Positions 46,701-56,055 of a stretch of 63,101 bases of DNA are shown piece after piece. The translations under genes and the position numbers were made by a program. Each line of letters opens with the position of its first letter. Positions within the stretch are counted from its first letter, which is position 1. The stretch comes from a virus. Lineage: Duplodnaviria; Caudoviricetes. The notes under the pieces are model-generated. The model made no database searches, was not told the DNA's origin, and saw only the letters and a program-made list of their open reading frames with translations. The stretch is taken from the IMG/VR virus record IMGVR_UViG_3300025083_002903, positions 1 to 63,101 of that record, one strand, 5' to 3'.

Positions 46701-47268
46701 CAATAATGATAAAGTTTAAATACTTGGGATAGTTAACTGCATCATGCTGAATGGTGCCTGGAGGCCATGGGTATGTAAACTGCACTGGAAAGCTAGAGAG
46801 ATATAGAGCTTGCTCACGTGTCTCTTCAGCAAATTTAGTACGATATCGATATCCATATTGAGGATGTTCACGTTCATACCAAGTAGTTGGATTAGGTGTG
46901 GTACCGCTTGTTCTATATTCCCAAGAACTATCGTCTAGGCCATACGAAGATACGTCAGAGAATAAACTCAATTGAGTCTCTGCTCTCTCAACGCCAAGTA
47001 AACTACTACTTACTTCACTAAACGTAGGAAACTGTTCTTCAATTTTAATTGTTTCTCTGAACTGATCGTTGTTTACATTGTTTACAACAACTGGCATAGA
47101 GTTGTCTTTTGTATTAAACAGCTCTAGTGCAGAACTCTCTAAGGTTACAAGAGGAATACCAGAGCCGTCGGTGAGAGGAGTACCAGTAACTAAATCGTAT
47201 AGTGGTTCAAATCTCTCAACCTTTGGCGCTGGGATTTTATCAAACCCAATCTTTACCTGTTTTGACAT
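43738..47268 (-). CDS. Large virion structural protein (YQPG/WYGA family)
   Basis: SEVSSSLLGVERAETQLSLFSDVSSYG; FRYQPGRISGFTFG; MYKVEFGWYGAIGA; YKYGASYYIDGGD. Confidence 0.75.
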   Translation of the reverse strand: MSKQVKIGFDKIPAPKVERFEPLYDLVTGTPLTDGSGIPLVTLESSALELFNTKDNSMPVVVNNVNNDQFRETIKIEEQFPTFSEVSSSLLGVERAETQLSLFSDVSSYGLDDSSWEYRTSGTTPNPTTWYEREHPQYGYRYRTKFAEETREQALYLSSFPVQFTYPWPPGTIQHDAVNYPKYLNFIIIGKILWHLYDNQGYTNFANANFIPPFITVEDSGGADLQFINVAQNNALNIYIQANGNLVNTGAAYKVDYGLFEQDAFNQVEKWTIAYFKILDDALGYPDQGFQSTDEVINIVNGVKSSQTNEVTPARPGYSSSQTMYATLQSKKSFRYQPGRISGFTFGLRGVTNPEIVNNSIEWGCSNTTDEYMFQLKGPNLSIVRRSTIPLPPELLERMGLNERDQTASPIFVSGLDNTEPLYECVIPRDKWTNDRLDGTGESGYNIDITRVTMYKVEFGWYGAIGAQFYAYVPVDNDECRWVLLHRITIENGIDRPCLENPNFRFKYLVNVQNTDKMYEPVYLYKYGASYYIDGGDQGTSVINNGASEKKEFRANSPTIAIFPKDVITNSFGAQIVNDKKIYLEDLSAFSSEVSEIRLQEIVGSPEGQHFHYSPSLKSGISPGSSLVNMRVSANRQDLSIPAQDYTLTAADDEKKVIAPFLYNTYIGFDDDDFECKIKRRLNYNMSERALNEQVITPTVIAGVSRNILGPMSGYEFQARLSGYDTVVASTIPLSSNFFKIHFLNPNVNDIHGQFSEFALALTNKQPRMVDVTTLQPEDLTAIETAEVANAGSPLTEVLRFGAANEIFNVYDEAYAEFSQLQEFQSATLPYDTSPAVSTNGLRFELDSNLPQPDGEDSGKISGIIGKVEIIDYIISEDVAQDPDDATGYVYRVYFDDVQAAPRFSLRDINEGTVELGIDDERTGIIVTSELIEENTNEVDPLGNIIYDYYFTVDTTNALAGKIDLINAQGIIQTKLIILQNNFRIDTVDEDGNSIFQEQTVNVAKAGSFDIQPLYVVFALRDNAQINNIVIEEVRPTGNTTFTPQWITSSRTYTEANSQGTLVEPIVLSGGSSLDLQPSDFEDVSPQSAAKLDFQVTQPLRPPKRNLLSVFVSSNEAQKINLKQFFGEDRIAITPSRSNNVGYFLTAQTLITVPGDPPTRTPPGDIELSITLREQI

Positions 47269-47271
47269 ATG

Positions 47272-50200
47272 TTATTGCTCTTCCCATGTACATCCAACAT
47301 TTGCAGTTCCAGTTAATGCAGTATTTGCAGTATCTTCAACATCAACACTATTTTCACTATCTAATGTGAAGTATAGCGCATCTGCTTGATCCGTAAGTGG
47401 GAAAGATAAGTATTCTTTATTGTAGTCATAGAAATCTGACAAGTCAAACTGATCAGCACCTGGACTAATATACAATGTTGAAACCGAAGAGCCAGTACCA
47501 GGAATTGGTGTCTGATCGTCGCTTGTAACTAGAATTGAACTTAATCCTTCTTTTTCTTCTGTAGTTTTAGATACAGTGCTACTTGCAATACTATCACCGT
47601 TTGCAGTCATTCTCTCATCTCTTAAGAACTCGCCAAATGCACTGCTACCAGTATCAAAGCCTTTAATTCTCACATCACCTGCATAAGTCTCTGCTATATC
47701 AAAGTAATATTCATTACCTAATCTATATAGCTTACCAAATAAAGTGACTTCATCAGAAATGTTATTTGCAGATACTGATCCTCTAAACCAACCATATGCT
47801 TCATCACCATCACTCATATATTCTTGATAACTAGCATCGATTGGAATCGGATTGTTATCTGGTGAAAGTAGATAGTTTGAGAGGTCTGGATTCTTACTAG
47901 CTTTAAATATAGGAACACCAGCACTTGGAACAAAGTCTGTTTGATATATTGGATTCTTTCTCATATTTAAACGAAGTGTAGTAGAAGTCAAGTTAGCTGT
48001 AGAAAGTTTAGTTGGATAAACCTGAACACGGTTTCTAACTTTTTGTTTCTGTGAACTAATGATTTCACGTTTTGTTTCTAGTCCAAACATGCTAGATGAT
48101 CTATCTACAATGATACCTAAGTCTGTGCCTTGAGGTGTTTTGCTAAAGTAGATTCTAGTTGGTGTAGTCCAAACAACTTTAATAGTTCTATCTGCTGAAT
48201 TGTTTGTAGATAGATTACCATTCATAAAGAATACGTTTTCTGGTTCGCCTGATCCAGGAGTTCTTGCAATATATGGTAAGTTATAAGCAGTATCGTCTAC
48301 ATAAGTCACAGTATTAGAACCACTGCCACCGAAGCCAACATACTTACGACCATATACTTCACGTACAGATGGTGAAGTGTGGCTATAAAGTCTTACTGTA
48401 CCACGATCACCACCGTCAATATAGTAAGATGCACCATACTTAACTAAGTGATGAGAAGTTGATTGACTATAACCTTTGTTTGTTGTATCATCGTAGCCTA
48501 AGCTTTTTGCATCACCACCACCATATACTGTATATGTGATAGGTAGTGTAGCGTTACCTAGAGAGGAGATTTTTAACTGGTTTGACGCTCTTAGATGATG
48601 TACACGAACCCATCTTGCATCACCATTGCTTACTGGAACATATGCTAAGAATAGCGCACCAACAGCACCGTACCATGAGAACTCAATCTTAAGCATGGTA
48701 ACTCTATTGAAGTCGTATTCATATACACTCTGATCTTCGATCTGTACACCAGCACTATCAAGCACTGATTCACCTGGTCTTACTTTACCAGTAGAGCCTG
48801 TTGCAATATCACTATAAACTAGTTTATTAGTTCTTGCATCTGCTGGATCTGTGTTAGGTAGACCATTTAGTTTATCTGTACTAAAGCGAGTACGTGGTAC
48901 ACGATATTCATAAACACCGTAATACTCTGGGTCAACGTTGTTCTTAATCCAGTTGATATATTCTGGAATGAAGTTAGCACTATCCATTTGCTCACGCATT
49001 TTTCTAGCGTCTGCAACTACGTTTGTGTTTAGAGCTGAGTCTACAAAACCAACTTCGTGAATGCCTGGAGCAACTGGTAGAGTTAGCTCTGAGCTATACT
49101 TATATGGGAACATCATACCTTGTGGATATGGATCGCCGCCTGGGAAGTCAGTACCACCTGCTGTTAGTCCACGCTCAGCTGGTGTTGCACTTGTGCTATA
49201 CTTAGAAGGATCATAAACATCTGGGAAAATGAATGGTACAACTAATTCAAACTCGGTATCACCAGTTTCTGTAAACGTAACATCTTGTGCAAGTACTTCA
49301 TCATATAGAGTGAAAACATTACCCTTTGGACCTTTAACAAGCTTTACTTTATACACTTTACCATTCTCTAAAGTATGTGCGCCAGGAGTACTCGGATCGC
49401 TTCCGACCCAACGTACATGTTGACCAAATGTCACAATGCCGTTATTAAGTTTAAAAGTGTTAGTGTCAGGTTGGAATCTAGCTTTCTTCTTCTCTGCTTT
49501 CTTCAATAGAGAAGGATCATTAACCGCTGCATGAACCATTACTAGTCCATCACGTAGAGTGATTAAGTTACCTGCAACTGCCTTTGTGCCATACTGTGTA
49601 TTAGTAATGTCTTCTGTTGAGAAGTTTCTAATGATGATGTTAGCTAGACCATTGCCTGTAGCAAGTGCGCCGTTAAACATTGTATTAGAGAATGAAGTTA
49701 AATCTTCGTTATAATACAGTGCTGAGTTATCTAGATCATTTACAATCAAATCTTTAAGATGTGTATGTCTAAGTCTTTCACGTGGCGCACCAGTATCATC
49801 TTGTGAGTAGATGGACATACCATTGCCATCATAATACATAGTTGAGTTGAATTTTGTTTCTGCGTTACCACCGCCAGACATATCGTTTTTATACCCATCT
49901 AAGATATAAAGAACATCACGCTGACACTTGTATTTGATTACTTCAATGCCTGCTGCGCCTGCACCAAACTCACCCAATCCACTCTCGCCACTAATATATT
50001 CATCGTATGTTAGTGAAGTAGATGTGTCATATGGGTTACTTGGGTTGTATTCAAAGTTAGATACGAAGTATGAGAAATAGTTCTTTCTCGTATCAAGTAG
50101 AGTTTCGATTCTTTCTTTATCACCCCAAGCAGTAGGTAAAATGTAGATGTTAGTAGTGTCTACAGCACCACCTGCGCCTACGATATCTAAGTTTACATTT

Positions 50201-51411
50201 GGATATGTTGTACTATCATTGACACGTGTAAAGAAGTCGATAATTCTTTGTGCAAGTGTTTGTAGATATGTTAGAGGCGCACCTGTAATATCGTTTGTGC
50301 CACCAGTGATAAGTGTCGATGAAGCAGCATCGTTTCCATTGATAACGTCTTTAAATGCATTGTACATTGTTATTTCGTATGGAGCAGACCTATTTGCAAC
50401 TGCAAGAGATGTTTGATAATTTCTTGTGTTGACTACTGTATGAGCATCAGCAAGACCACCTTCTGACATTGCTAAGTCCATTAGAATCATATCGATCCAA
50501 TAGTCAAAGTCTCTCTTACACTTCTCTTCAAAAGTCTCTTGTGCTTCAGCACTTAGTCCGTTATAGAATGTTGAGAATGCACCATCGGTCATTGCTTCTG
50601 TCCAAGTAGCATCGGCCAAATCAAAACGTGCTGAAATAATCTTTTTACGTTCACGAATGTTAGTAGTGTCTTCTACAATTGGGTTAGCAGGAGCTTTACC
50701 AATAATACGATAATCGTCTAACTGAGTAGATGGTAGATCAGATGGTGTTGAAATATCTGGCGCTGCACGTAGAGGCTCAGTGTCTACTCCATATGGTGAT
50801 GTTGGCGAACGGAACAACGATTGTGTTCTACGTACAACATTAAAGTTGTCGCCTTGACCATCTTCTTTATTTTCCCAATAATACCCATCGTAGTTGTCAT
50901 AGATGCCATACTTACGAATGACTGGGTTCTTAGAAAAGTTAACTGTTGATGTAGTTGTTTTAATACCAAACGTAGCCGCTGATACACGACCAGGCTGATA
51001 ACGAAAGAAACGCTTTGATGTTAGAACTGCCGATTTATTTTTAGGTGCTTCTACAAGTGCGCCTGCTTCTTCTGGTAAGTGAAATGTACCCCAACCTGAT
51101 CTTGCATTACCACCTAGAATAGAAGCCGATGTGTATGTCTCAGGGAAGGAAGACCACTCGGTTGGGTTCACATCATATGTGTTAACGTCAGCGAAGATAC
51201 CTAGAGCAACTTCTGAGCGAGGAATACCAAGAAGAGAAAGTGCTACTTCAGATTGAATTTTATTTTGCTCTTCTACAGGAATTGCTGGCTGGTCGCTTGC
51301 AACTACTACTGGAATAGAACGATCAGATGTTGTGATGCCAGGAGAAACTGGTGTAGTTCTGCCTACATTGATCACAGCACTGTTGTTGTTAATATTAGTA
51401 ATGCTTGACAT
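47272..51411 (-). CDS. Large virion structural protein (YQPG/WYGA family), paralogue of 43738-47268
   Basis: SEVALSLLGIPRSEVALGIFADVNTYD; FRYQPGRVSAATFG; MLKIEFSWYGAVGA; VKYGASYYIDGGD; two K(C)xRD helical repeats. Confidence 0.75.
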   Translation of the reverse strand: MSSITNINNNSAVINVGRTTPVSPGITTSDRSIPVVVASDQPAIPVEEQNKIQSEVALSLLGIPRSEVALGIFADVNTYDVNPTEWSSFPETYTSASILGGNARSGWGTFHLPEEAGALVEAPKNKSAVLTSKRFFRYQPGRVSAATFGIKTTTSTVNFSKNPVIRKYGIYDNYDGYYWENKEDGQGDNFNVVRRTQSLFRSPTSPYGVDTEPLRAAPDISTPSDLPSTQLDDYRIIGKAPANPIVEDTTNIRERKKIISARFDLADATWTEAMTDGAFSTFYNGLSAEAQETFEEKCKRDFDYWIDMILMDLAMSEGGLADAHTVVNTRNYQTSLAVANRSAPYEITMYNAFKDVINGNDAASSTLITGGTNDITGAPLTYLQTLAQRIIDFFTRVNDSTTYPNVNLDIVGAGGAVDTTNIYILPTAWGDKERIETLLDTRKNYFSYFVSNFEYNPSNPYDTSTSLTYDEYISGESGLGEFGAGAAGIEVIKYKCQRDVLYILDGYKNDMSGGGNAETKFNSTMYYDGNGMSIYSQDDTGAPRERLRHTHLKDLIVNDLDNSALYYNEDLTSFSNTMFNGALATGNGLANIIIRNFSTEDITNTQYGTKAVAGNLITLRDGLVMVHAAVNDPSLLKKAEKKKARFQPDTNTFKLNNGIVTFGQHVRWVGSDPSTPGAHTLENGKVYKVKLVKGPKGNVFTLYDEVLAQDVTFTETGDTEFELVVPFIFPDVYDPSKYSTSATPAERGLTAGGTDFPGGDPYPQGMMFPYKYSSELTLPVAPGIHEVGFVDSALNTNVVADARKMREQMDSANFIPEYINWIKNNVDPEYYGVYEYRVPRTRFSTDKLNGLPNTDPADARTNKLVYSDIATGSTGKVRPGESVLDSAGVQIEDQSVYEYDFNRVTMLKIEFSWYGAVGALFLAYVPVSNGDARWVRVHHLRASNQLKISSLGNATLPITYTVYGGGDAKSLGYDDTTNKGYSQSTSHHLVKYGASYYIDGGDRGTVRLYSHTSPSVREVYGRKYVGFGGSGSNTVTYVDDTAYNLPYIARTPGSGEPENVFFMNGNLSTNNSADRTIKVVWTTPTRIYFSKTPQGTDLGIIVDRSSSMFGLETKREIISSQKQKVRNRVQVYPTKLSTANLTSTTLRLNMRKNPIYQTDFVPSAGVPIFKASKNPDLSNYLLSPDNNPIPIDASYQEYMSDGDEAYGWFRGSVSANNISDEVTLFGKLYRLGNEYYFDIAETYAGDVRIKGFDTGSSAFGEFLRDERMTANGDSIASSTVSKTTEEKEGLSSILVTSDDQTPIPGTGSSVSTLYISPGADQFDLSDFYDYNKEYLSFPLTDQADALYFTLDSENSVDVEDTANTALTGTANVGCTWEEQ

Positions 51412-51414
51412 TGC

Positions 51415-54297
51415 TTATAGTACCCTTCCCTTAACAATCGTCTTTTCAGAGATGTTTCGTAATGTGCCTTCTGCGGCCCCTGGTGTTAATGTTGCGGTGT
51501 TATCAAATTGTATTGTAACAATAGCAGTTGAAGTTGCTAAGTCTTCTACAATCTTAAATATCTCACCTATATAATTTCCTGTACTCACGTTGAATCCGCC
51601 ATGGTCGTTTAATCTTACACTATCGCCAATCGCTATATTAGAATAACTATTTACAACAATTGAATATAGTCCGTTGTTAGTCGGTCCTGCTACGTTAGTT
51701 GGATATTCGCCAGTAGCTCCTGCTATCGATCCGTTGATTAAATCAGCGGCATTGTTGGTAAACGTTCCAGAAACAGTAATCACAGTAACCGTATTACTAT
51801 TTAGCGTAGCAGTTTTGACTAGTCCATTAGCACCTGAATTATCTTGAGTAATTAATTCGCCTGCCGCAAAACTATTTGCACCACTAAGAGTTAGCGTTAC
51901 TTCATTTTCTAAATTAGCAGTCTGGATTGTGCCGGCAAGATCGCTCGTTGTTAATCCTACAACATATACTAGACCTACATGATCTGCATTAGCGGCAACT
52001 AAAGTAGAGTAATTATAATTGTTCAATATTTGGTTTACACTAGTTTCTTGAATTCTAAACTGGAACAAGCCTTCTGTTGGGTCAAGGTTAAAATCAGAAA
52101 TCTGATTAAACGTGATGACAGGATCAACAATTTTCTCGTAAAGATTTTCTTCTCCACTAGAATCCTTTTCTAACTTATAAATGTCAAATGATAGTGTACC
52201 TTCATTTTCTGTTAAGTCATAGTTGAAACCATTCTCTTGATAACGATAAACGTCACTAGTGTATTGCTGATCTTCGGTTAATTCAATATTAACTGCATCG
52301 TAGATACTGTTTAGAACATCTGGTGATGGTAGAAGTTCATCTGCTGGACCAATGAGAATATTTGGTGAAGAGATGAGGAATCTTGAACCATACACAAGTA
52401 AGCCATTACCACAATTGTTGATAATGTTATTTGTCACTAGAATTTTATCGCCAATAGAAACATCTAAATGAAGAGTGTAGTTTTGGAAAGCGTTACTCGC
52501 AATAATGTTTGCATTACCTTGAGTTTGTAATAGAGGTGAATAATCAAATCTATCTGTAACACCACTATTTCTTAGTTCACTTTCTCTCATACGGAAGTTA
52601 ACTGCGCTAGGGGAATAGATACCTCCAGCGATAACATTTAGCGTTTTAGAATTTGATATTAGAATATCTTCTGCTGCATTACCGAAGTTAAAGAAGTAGT
52701 TTCTACTTGTATCAACTGTATCATCAAATAGAATTTGACATTGGAATGATCCATCAAAATCCACATCTGAGATTGAAATGCCATCTGCGCCTTGAGCGTT
52801 TTGCAATCTAATAACGTTGTTGCTAGGTGTTGGTCCATAACCAGACCAAGGTAGTTTAGCAACCTTAGTGATATTTGGAATACCCTTGAGTGAGAAGTTA
52901 TTAGGCAGCGATATTGTAGATACTACATAAGTTTTATCATTCAAAGATAGAGCAGAGCGACCGTCTGCGTAGTACTCATCAATAGCACCTTGAATAGTTG
53001 GCGTATCGTTATGTGATATGTTAACAGCTTTTGATGGTGTTCCATACACTGTATCTGTCAAAGTAATTGCATTGTTCGCTAAGTCAACACTTTCAATAGT
53101 ACAATCAGCCCAACCAGTAAGTGCTACTGCGGGTGGTAACATAGGTACATGAATAGAAGATGTGTATGTATTATCTGATAGTCTCTTTGGACCCCAAGTG
53201 ACGTGATCGAAAGTACCATAGTCGATATAGTAACCACGATTTGATTCTTTTAGGCCAATGACTTGATATAATCTAAAGTCTGCATCATCAGATGAGTTTA
53301 TTGAACGATAGATAATAACTGCTCTATCTTGTCCACCACCAGTCTTAGAAATGTTAACAGTAATGTTATAAGTTTCGTTAAACTGATCGATGATAGGTCT
53401 TGGATCTTCATTGCCTTGATCATCTAGTAAAGGATAGAATGTAATGCTTGTTGCTGCAGATGCAGATGAAATTCTACCGTTACTCAAATCCATTTCTGCT
53501 ATCTTATAGTAAACAGTTTGTGCAGTCAATCCAGTTTCTGGGAATGTATGCGCCAGACCTTGAATTGAAAAGTACTTCGTGTTATCTGCAATCGTAGAGT
53601 TATCTAAACTAGCACCATAAACTCTAATAGGACGACCAGCGTTAAAGTTTGCGATAAATTCTACATTAGTTAGTCGATCTGATTGTGCAGATGACATAGT
53701 TGAGGGGAATGTAGCATCACATTTAATAAGACTATTGTTTAAGTTACCATCATAGAATGCAGTTGAAATCTGATCTAATTCTGTTGCTAGATATGTTTGA
53801 AGGTCTACTCTAAATCTATCAGTCGTGTAGTACTTGTTTGTACCACCTTCAGTAACATCATCAGAATCAATGTTAAATGTACCTTGATTTGTTAGAACTT
53901 GGCCATTGAAGTTTTTACTAACATACTTTAACTTATACTCTGCAGCGTCAGGATCATACGTAACAAACCCAGACACGTTTGCAAATTCACCTAGTTCTGT
54001 TCTAACTGTAGGCGTATTTGTAAAGTTTGTATAATCAAGATAGTATGTACCCTCTTGACCGTCTAGGGTATCAGCGTTTAAGTCATTAGACCCATCACCA
54101 GAATCCCTTGTATTGATTTGATTGATAAGAGTTTCAGCTGTTAAAAGATTGTTAGCGAAAACGTCATCGAAAACGAATGTTCTTAGATCGCTCAATAAAA
54201 TCTTTTTTGAAATTACTTCATCTACGTCTGTGGCAGCAATGATGTCTTGTGCATCTATTGCTGTTAACGTTGTTAATTCACTAAATCTTTTTGCCAT
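51415..54297 (-). CDS. Tailspike-like protein with pectate-lyase-like beta-helix
   Basis: KRFSEL fibre N-terminus; NADTLDG...YYLDYTNFTNTP; SDDVTEG.TNKYYT; NDTPTIQGAID...TYVVSTISLPNNFSLKG. Confidence 0.75.
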   Translation of the reverse strand: MAKRFSELTTLTAIDAQDIIAATDVDEVISKKILLSDLRTFVFDDVFANNLLTAETLINQINTRDSGDGSNDLNADTLDGQEGTYYLDYTNFTNTPTVRTELGEFANVSGFVTYDPDAAEYKLKYVSKNFNGQVLTNQGTFNIDSDDVTEGGTNKYYTTDRFRVDLQTYLATELDQISTAFYDGNLNNSLIKCDATFPSTMSSAQSDRLTNVEFIANFNAGRPIRVYGASLDNSTIADNTKYFSIQGLAHTFPETGLTAQTVYYKIAEMDLSNGRISSASAATSITFYPLLDDQGNEDPRPIIDQFNETYNITVNISKTGGGQDRAVIIYRSINSSDDADFRLYQVIGLKESNRGYYIDYGTFDHVTWGPKRLSDNTYTSSIHVPMLPPAVALTGWADCTIESVDLANNAITLTDTVYGTPSKAVNISHNDTPTIQGAIDEYYADGRSALSLNDKTYVVSTISLPNNFSLKGIPNITKVAKLPWSGYGPTPSNNVIRLQNAQGADGISISDVDFDGSFQCQILFDDTVDTSRNYFFNFGNAAEDILISNSKTLNVIAGGIYSPSAVNFRMRESELRNSGVTDRFDYSPLLQTQGNANIIASNAFQNYTLHLDVSIGDKILVTNNIINNCGNGLLVYGSRFLISSPNILIGPADELLPSPDVLNSIYDAVNIELTEDQQYTSDVYRYQENGFNYDLTENEGTLSFDIYKLEKDSSGEENLYEKIVDPVITFNQISDFNLDPTEGLFQFRIQETSVNQILNNYNYSTLVAANADHVGLVYVVGLTTSDLAGTIQTANLENEVTLTLSGANSFAAGELITQDNSGANGLVKTATLNSNTVTVITVSGTFTNNAADLINGSIAGATGEYPTNVAGPTNNGLYSIVVNSYSNIAIGDSVRLNDHGGFNVSTGNYIGEIFKIVEDLATSTAIVTIQFDNTATLTPGAAEGTLRNISEKTIVKGRVL

Positions 54298-54326
54298 TCG
54301 AGTGACCTTTTACTGTCTGTTATACT

Positions 54327-54343
54327 TATTTATTCTATTTATG
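54327..54343 (-). promoter_or_regulatory. Tandem late-promoter-like boxes (CATAAATA, AATAAATA)
   Basis: tatttatt at 54327-54334 and tatttatg at 54336-54343, upstream of 54297. Confidence 0.55.
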
Positions 54344-54349
54344 AAAACA

Positions 54350-55000
54350 TCAAACGGTATGTTTCACCCAAACTTTGAAAAAACCAGAAGGGTCTGTAAT
54401 AACTCTAGACGTTTCTACTGTATCTTGTTCTATCTTACTCTTAGTTTTTTGAATTATTTCATCATATCCATTAGAGAAGTTTGAAGATGTAGTCTCTACA
54501 ATTTCTCCATTATTATTTCTAAGTAATATTGTTTCATCGCCTTGATAAATTTTAGCTGTTTGAAGGGAGATACGTGTTTGTCTATTATCACTTGTTAATA
54601 TAAAAATTCTAATTTCATCATTCATATCATTGTAAATAGTATCTATCATCTCTGCTTTATGTTTTCTAAGAGTTGATTCTGTCTTACTATACTTGTACTC
54701 AATACCGTTATATACTCTAAATTCGTTTAGTTCTACGATTTCATCTAAACTACCATGCGCCTTTAACATATAGTGGTGTAGGGATTCTATTTGAGTTCTA
54801 AATATGTCAGCGTGTCTTTTCCACTTATCAGGAACACTATCTGACGCTTTCCAAGTATCATATGCCTCTTGAGCGTCAACATCTCTTCCATCAAACCCTA
54901 ATGCACTAAGAAGGGTAATACCTTCTTCACAAGCACCGTTTTTAAATAAATCAACTGTATCAGATTTTTGTCTTAACCAATTAGTATTAAATTTTGCCAT
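54350..55000 (-). CDS. Hypothetical protein (possible adhesin assembly factor)
   Basis: 216 aa charged protein directly after the gp38-like gene; no recognised domain. Confidence 0.6.
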   Translation of the reverse strand: MAKFNTNWLRQKSDTVDLFKNGACEEGITLLSALGFDGRDVDAQEAYDTWKASDSVPDKWKRHADIFRTQIESLHHYMLKAHGSLDEIVELNEFRVYNGIEYKYSKTESTLRKHKAEMIDTIYNDMNDEIRIFILTSDNRQTRISLQTAKIYQGDETILLRNNNGEIVETTSSNFSNGYDEIIQKTKSKIEQDTVETSRVITDPSGFFKVWVKHTV

Positions 55001-55009
55001 GATGTTTAC

Positions 55010-56053
55010 CTATATCTGCGGACCGTATATTCTAGTACCACCTTGTGATACAGAGTAAGTACCTGAAGCTACTCTAATAGCATAACCAGCAGTACCGCCA
55101 TTATTGCCGTCGCCATGTTGTCCGGGCTGACCAAAATCTCCACCACGACCAGCGTGGGCTGCTCGACCAGGTGTACCTTGAATTAACGAAGGTTTTACTC
55201 TACCTCCACCGCCTCCAGCACTCGCTGCATCTGCCCCTTTTCTATTGAACCAGTTACCACCGTTACCGAATTGGTTGCCACCTGTAGCTATTGAAGCTCT
55301 ATAAGCGGCACCATCACCCCCGGCACTTCTAATTGCTCCACCTATACCACCAGCTAGATTGAAATTATCGTTACCATAAACACCACCGCCATTACCGCCG
55401 CCAGCGCCTCCGCCGCCACCACCAATTCGTAATTCACTACCGGTCATTTCTTTGGCCATGCCTCCGCCGCCACCGCCACCGCCTGCGATGCGGCCGCTAC
55501 CAAGTACATTAATATTAATATTGGATTCACAATCTATAAGTATTGCGCCGCCGCCATTTTGGCCTGTGTTCACACTTCTATTTAAATCACTTCGACCATA
55601 GCCACCATTACCACCTTTTCCCATAATAACACCAGCAATATTTAAGCCGACGTTTTGTCCTGAAAATTGATTTATCATTAGTGCTGGTGTGTTTATATCG
55701 TTGGACCAAATAAACTTATCATTAGAAATTATGATATTGATATCGGAGATTCCATTATATCCAAAAATCATTGCTTGATCGTATAGATTTGCTTCTTGGA
55801 TATCATAATTAATTAGAAATGTATATTCTAATTCAACTCCATAGTAATTCGAAAATGATAAAGGTTCATCAGCTTGGCCATAAGGTATTTGATTATATGG
55901 CTTATACGTAATACTCATGTTGTCGCTTAAAGATTGAATAATCTCTTTGCCGTAGTACTCAGTTAAATTATGAGGAGCAAAGCTATCTATATGAGTGAAC
56001 TCATCAATGATATCATTTTCTAATGCAAGGGGACCAGATGATTTAATAGCCAT
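55010..56053 (-). CDS. gp38-like polyglycine receptor-binding adhesin
   Basis: IMGKGGNGG...GGGAI...IAGGGGGGGG...GGGGGGAG...AGYAI...IYGPQI follows the order of T2/S16 gp38 Gly motifs and its C-terminal IYG. Confidence 0.75.
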   Translation of the reverse strand: MAIKSSGPLALENDIIDEFTHIDSFAPHNLTEYYGKEIIQSLSDNMSITYKPYNQIPYGQADEPLSFSNYYGVELEYTFLINYDIQEANLYDQAMIFGYNGISDINIIISNDKFIWSNDINTPALMINQFSGQNVGLNIAGVIMGKGGNGGYGRSDLNRSVNTGQNGGGAILIDCESNININVLGSGRIAGGGGGGGGMAKEMTGSELRIGGGGGGAGGGNGGGVYGNDNFNLAGGIGGAIRSAGGDGAAYRASIATGGNQFGNGGNWFNRKGADAASAGGGGGRVKPSLIQGTPGRAAHAGRGGDFGQPGQHGDGNNGGTAGYAIRVASGTYSVSQGGTRIYGPQI

Positions 56054-56055
56054 GA

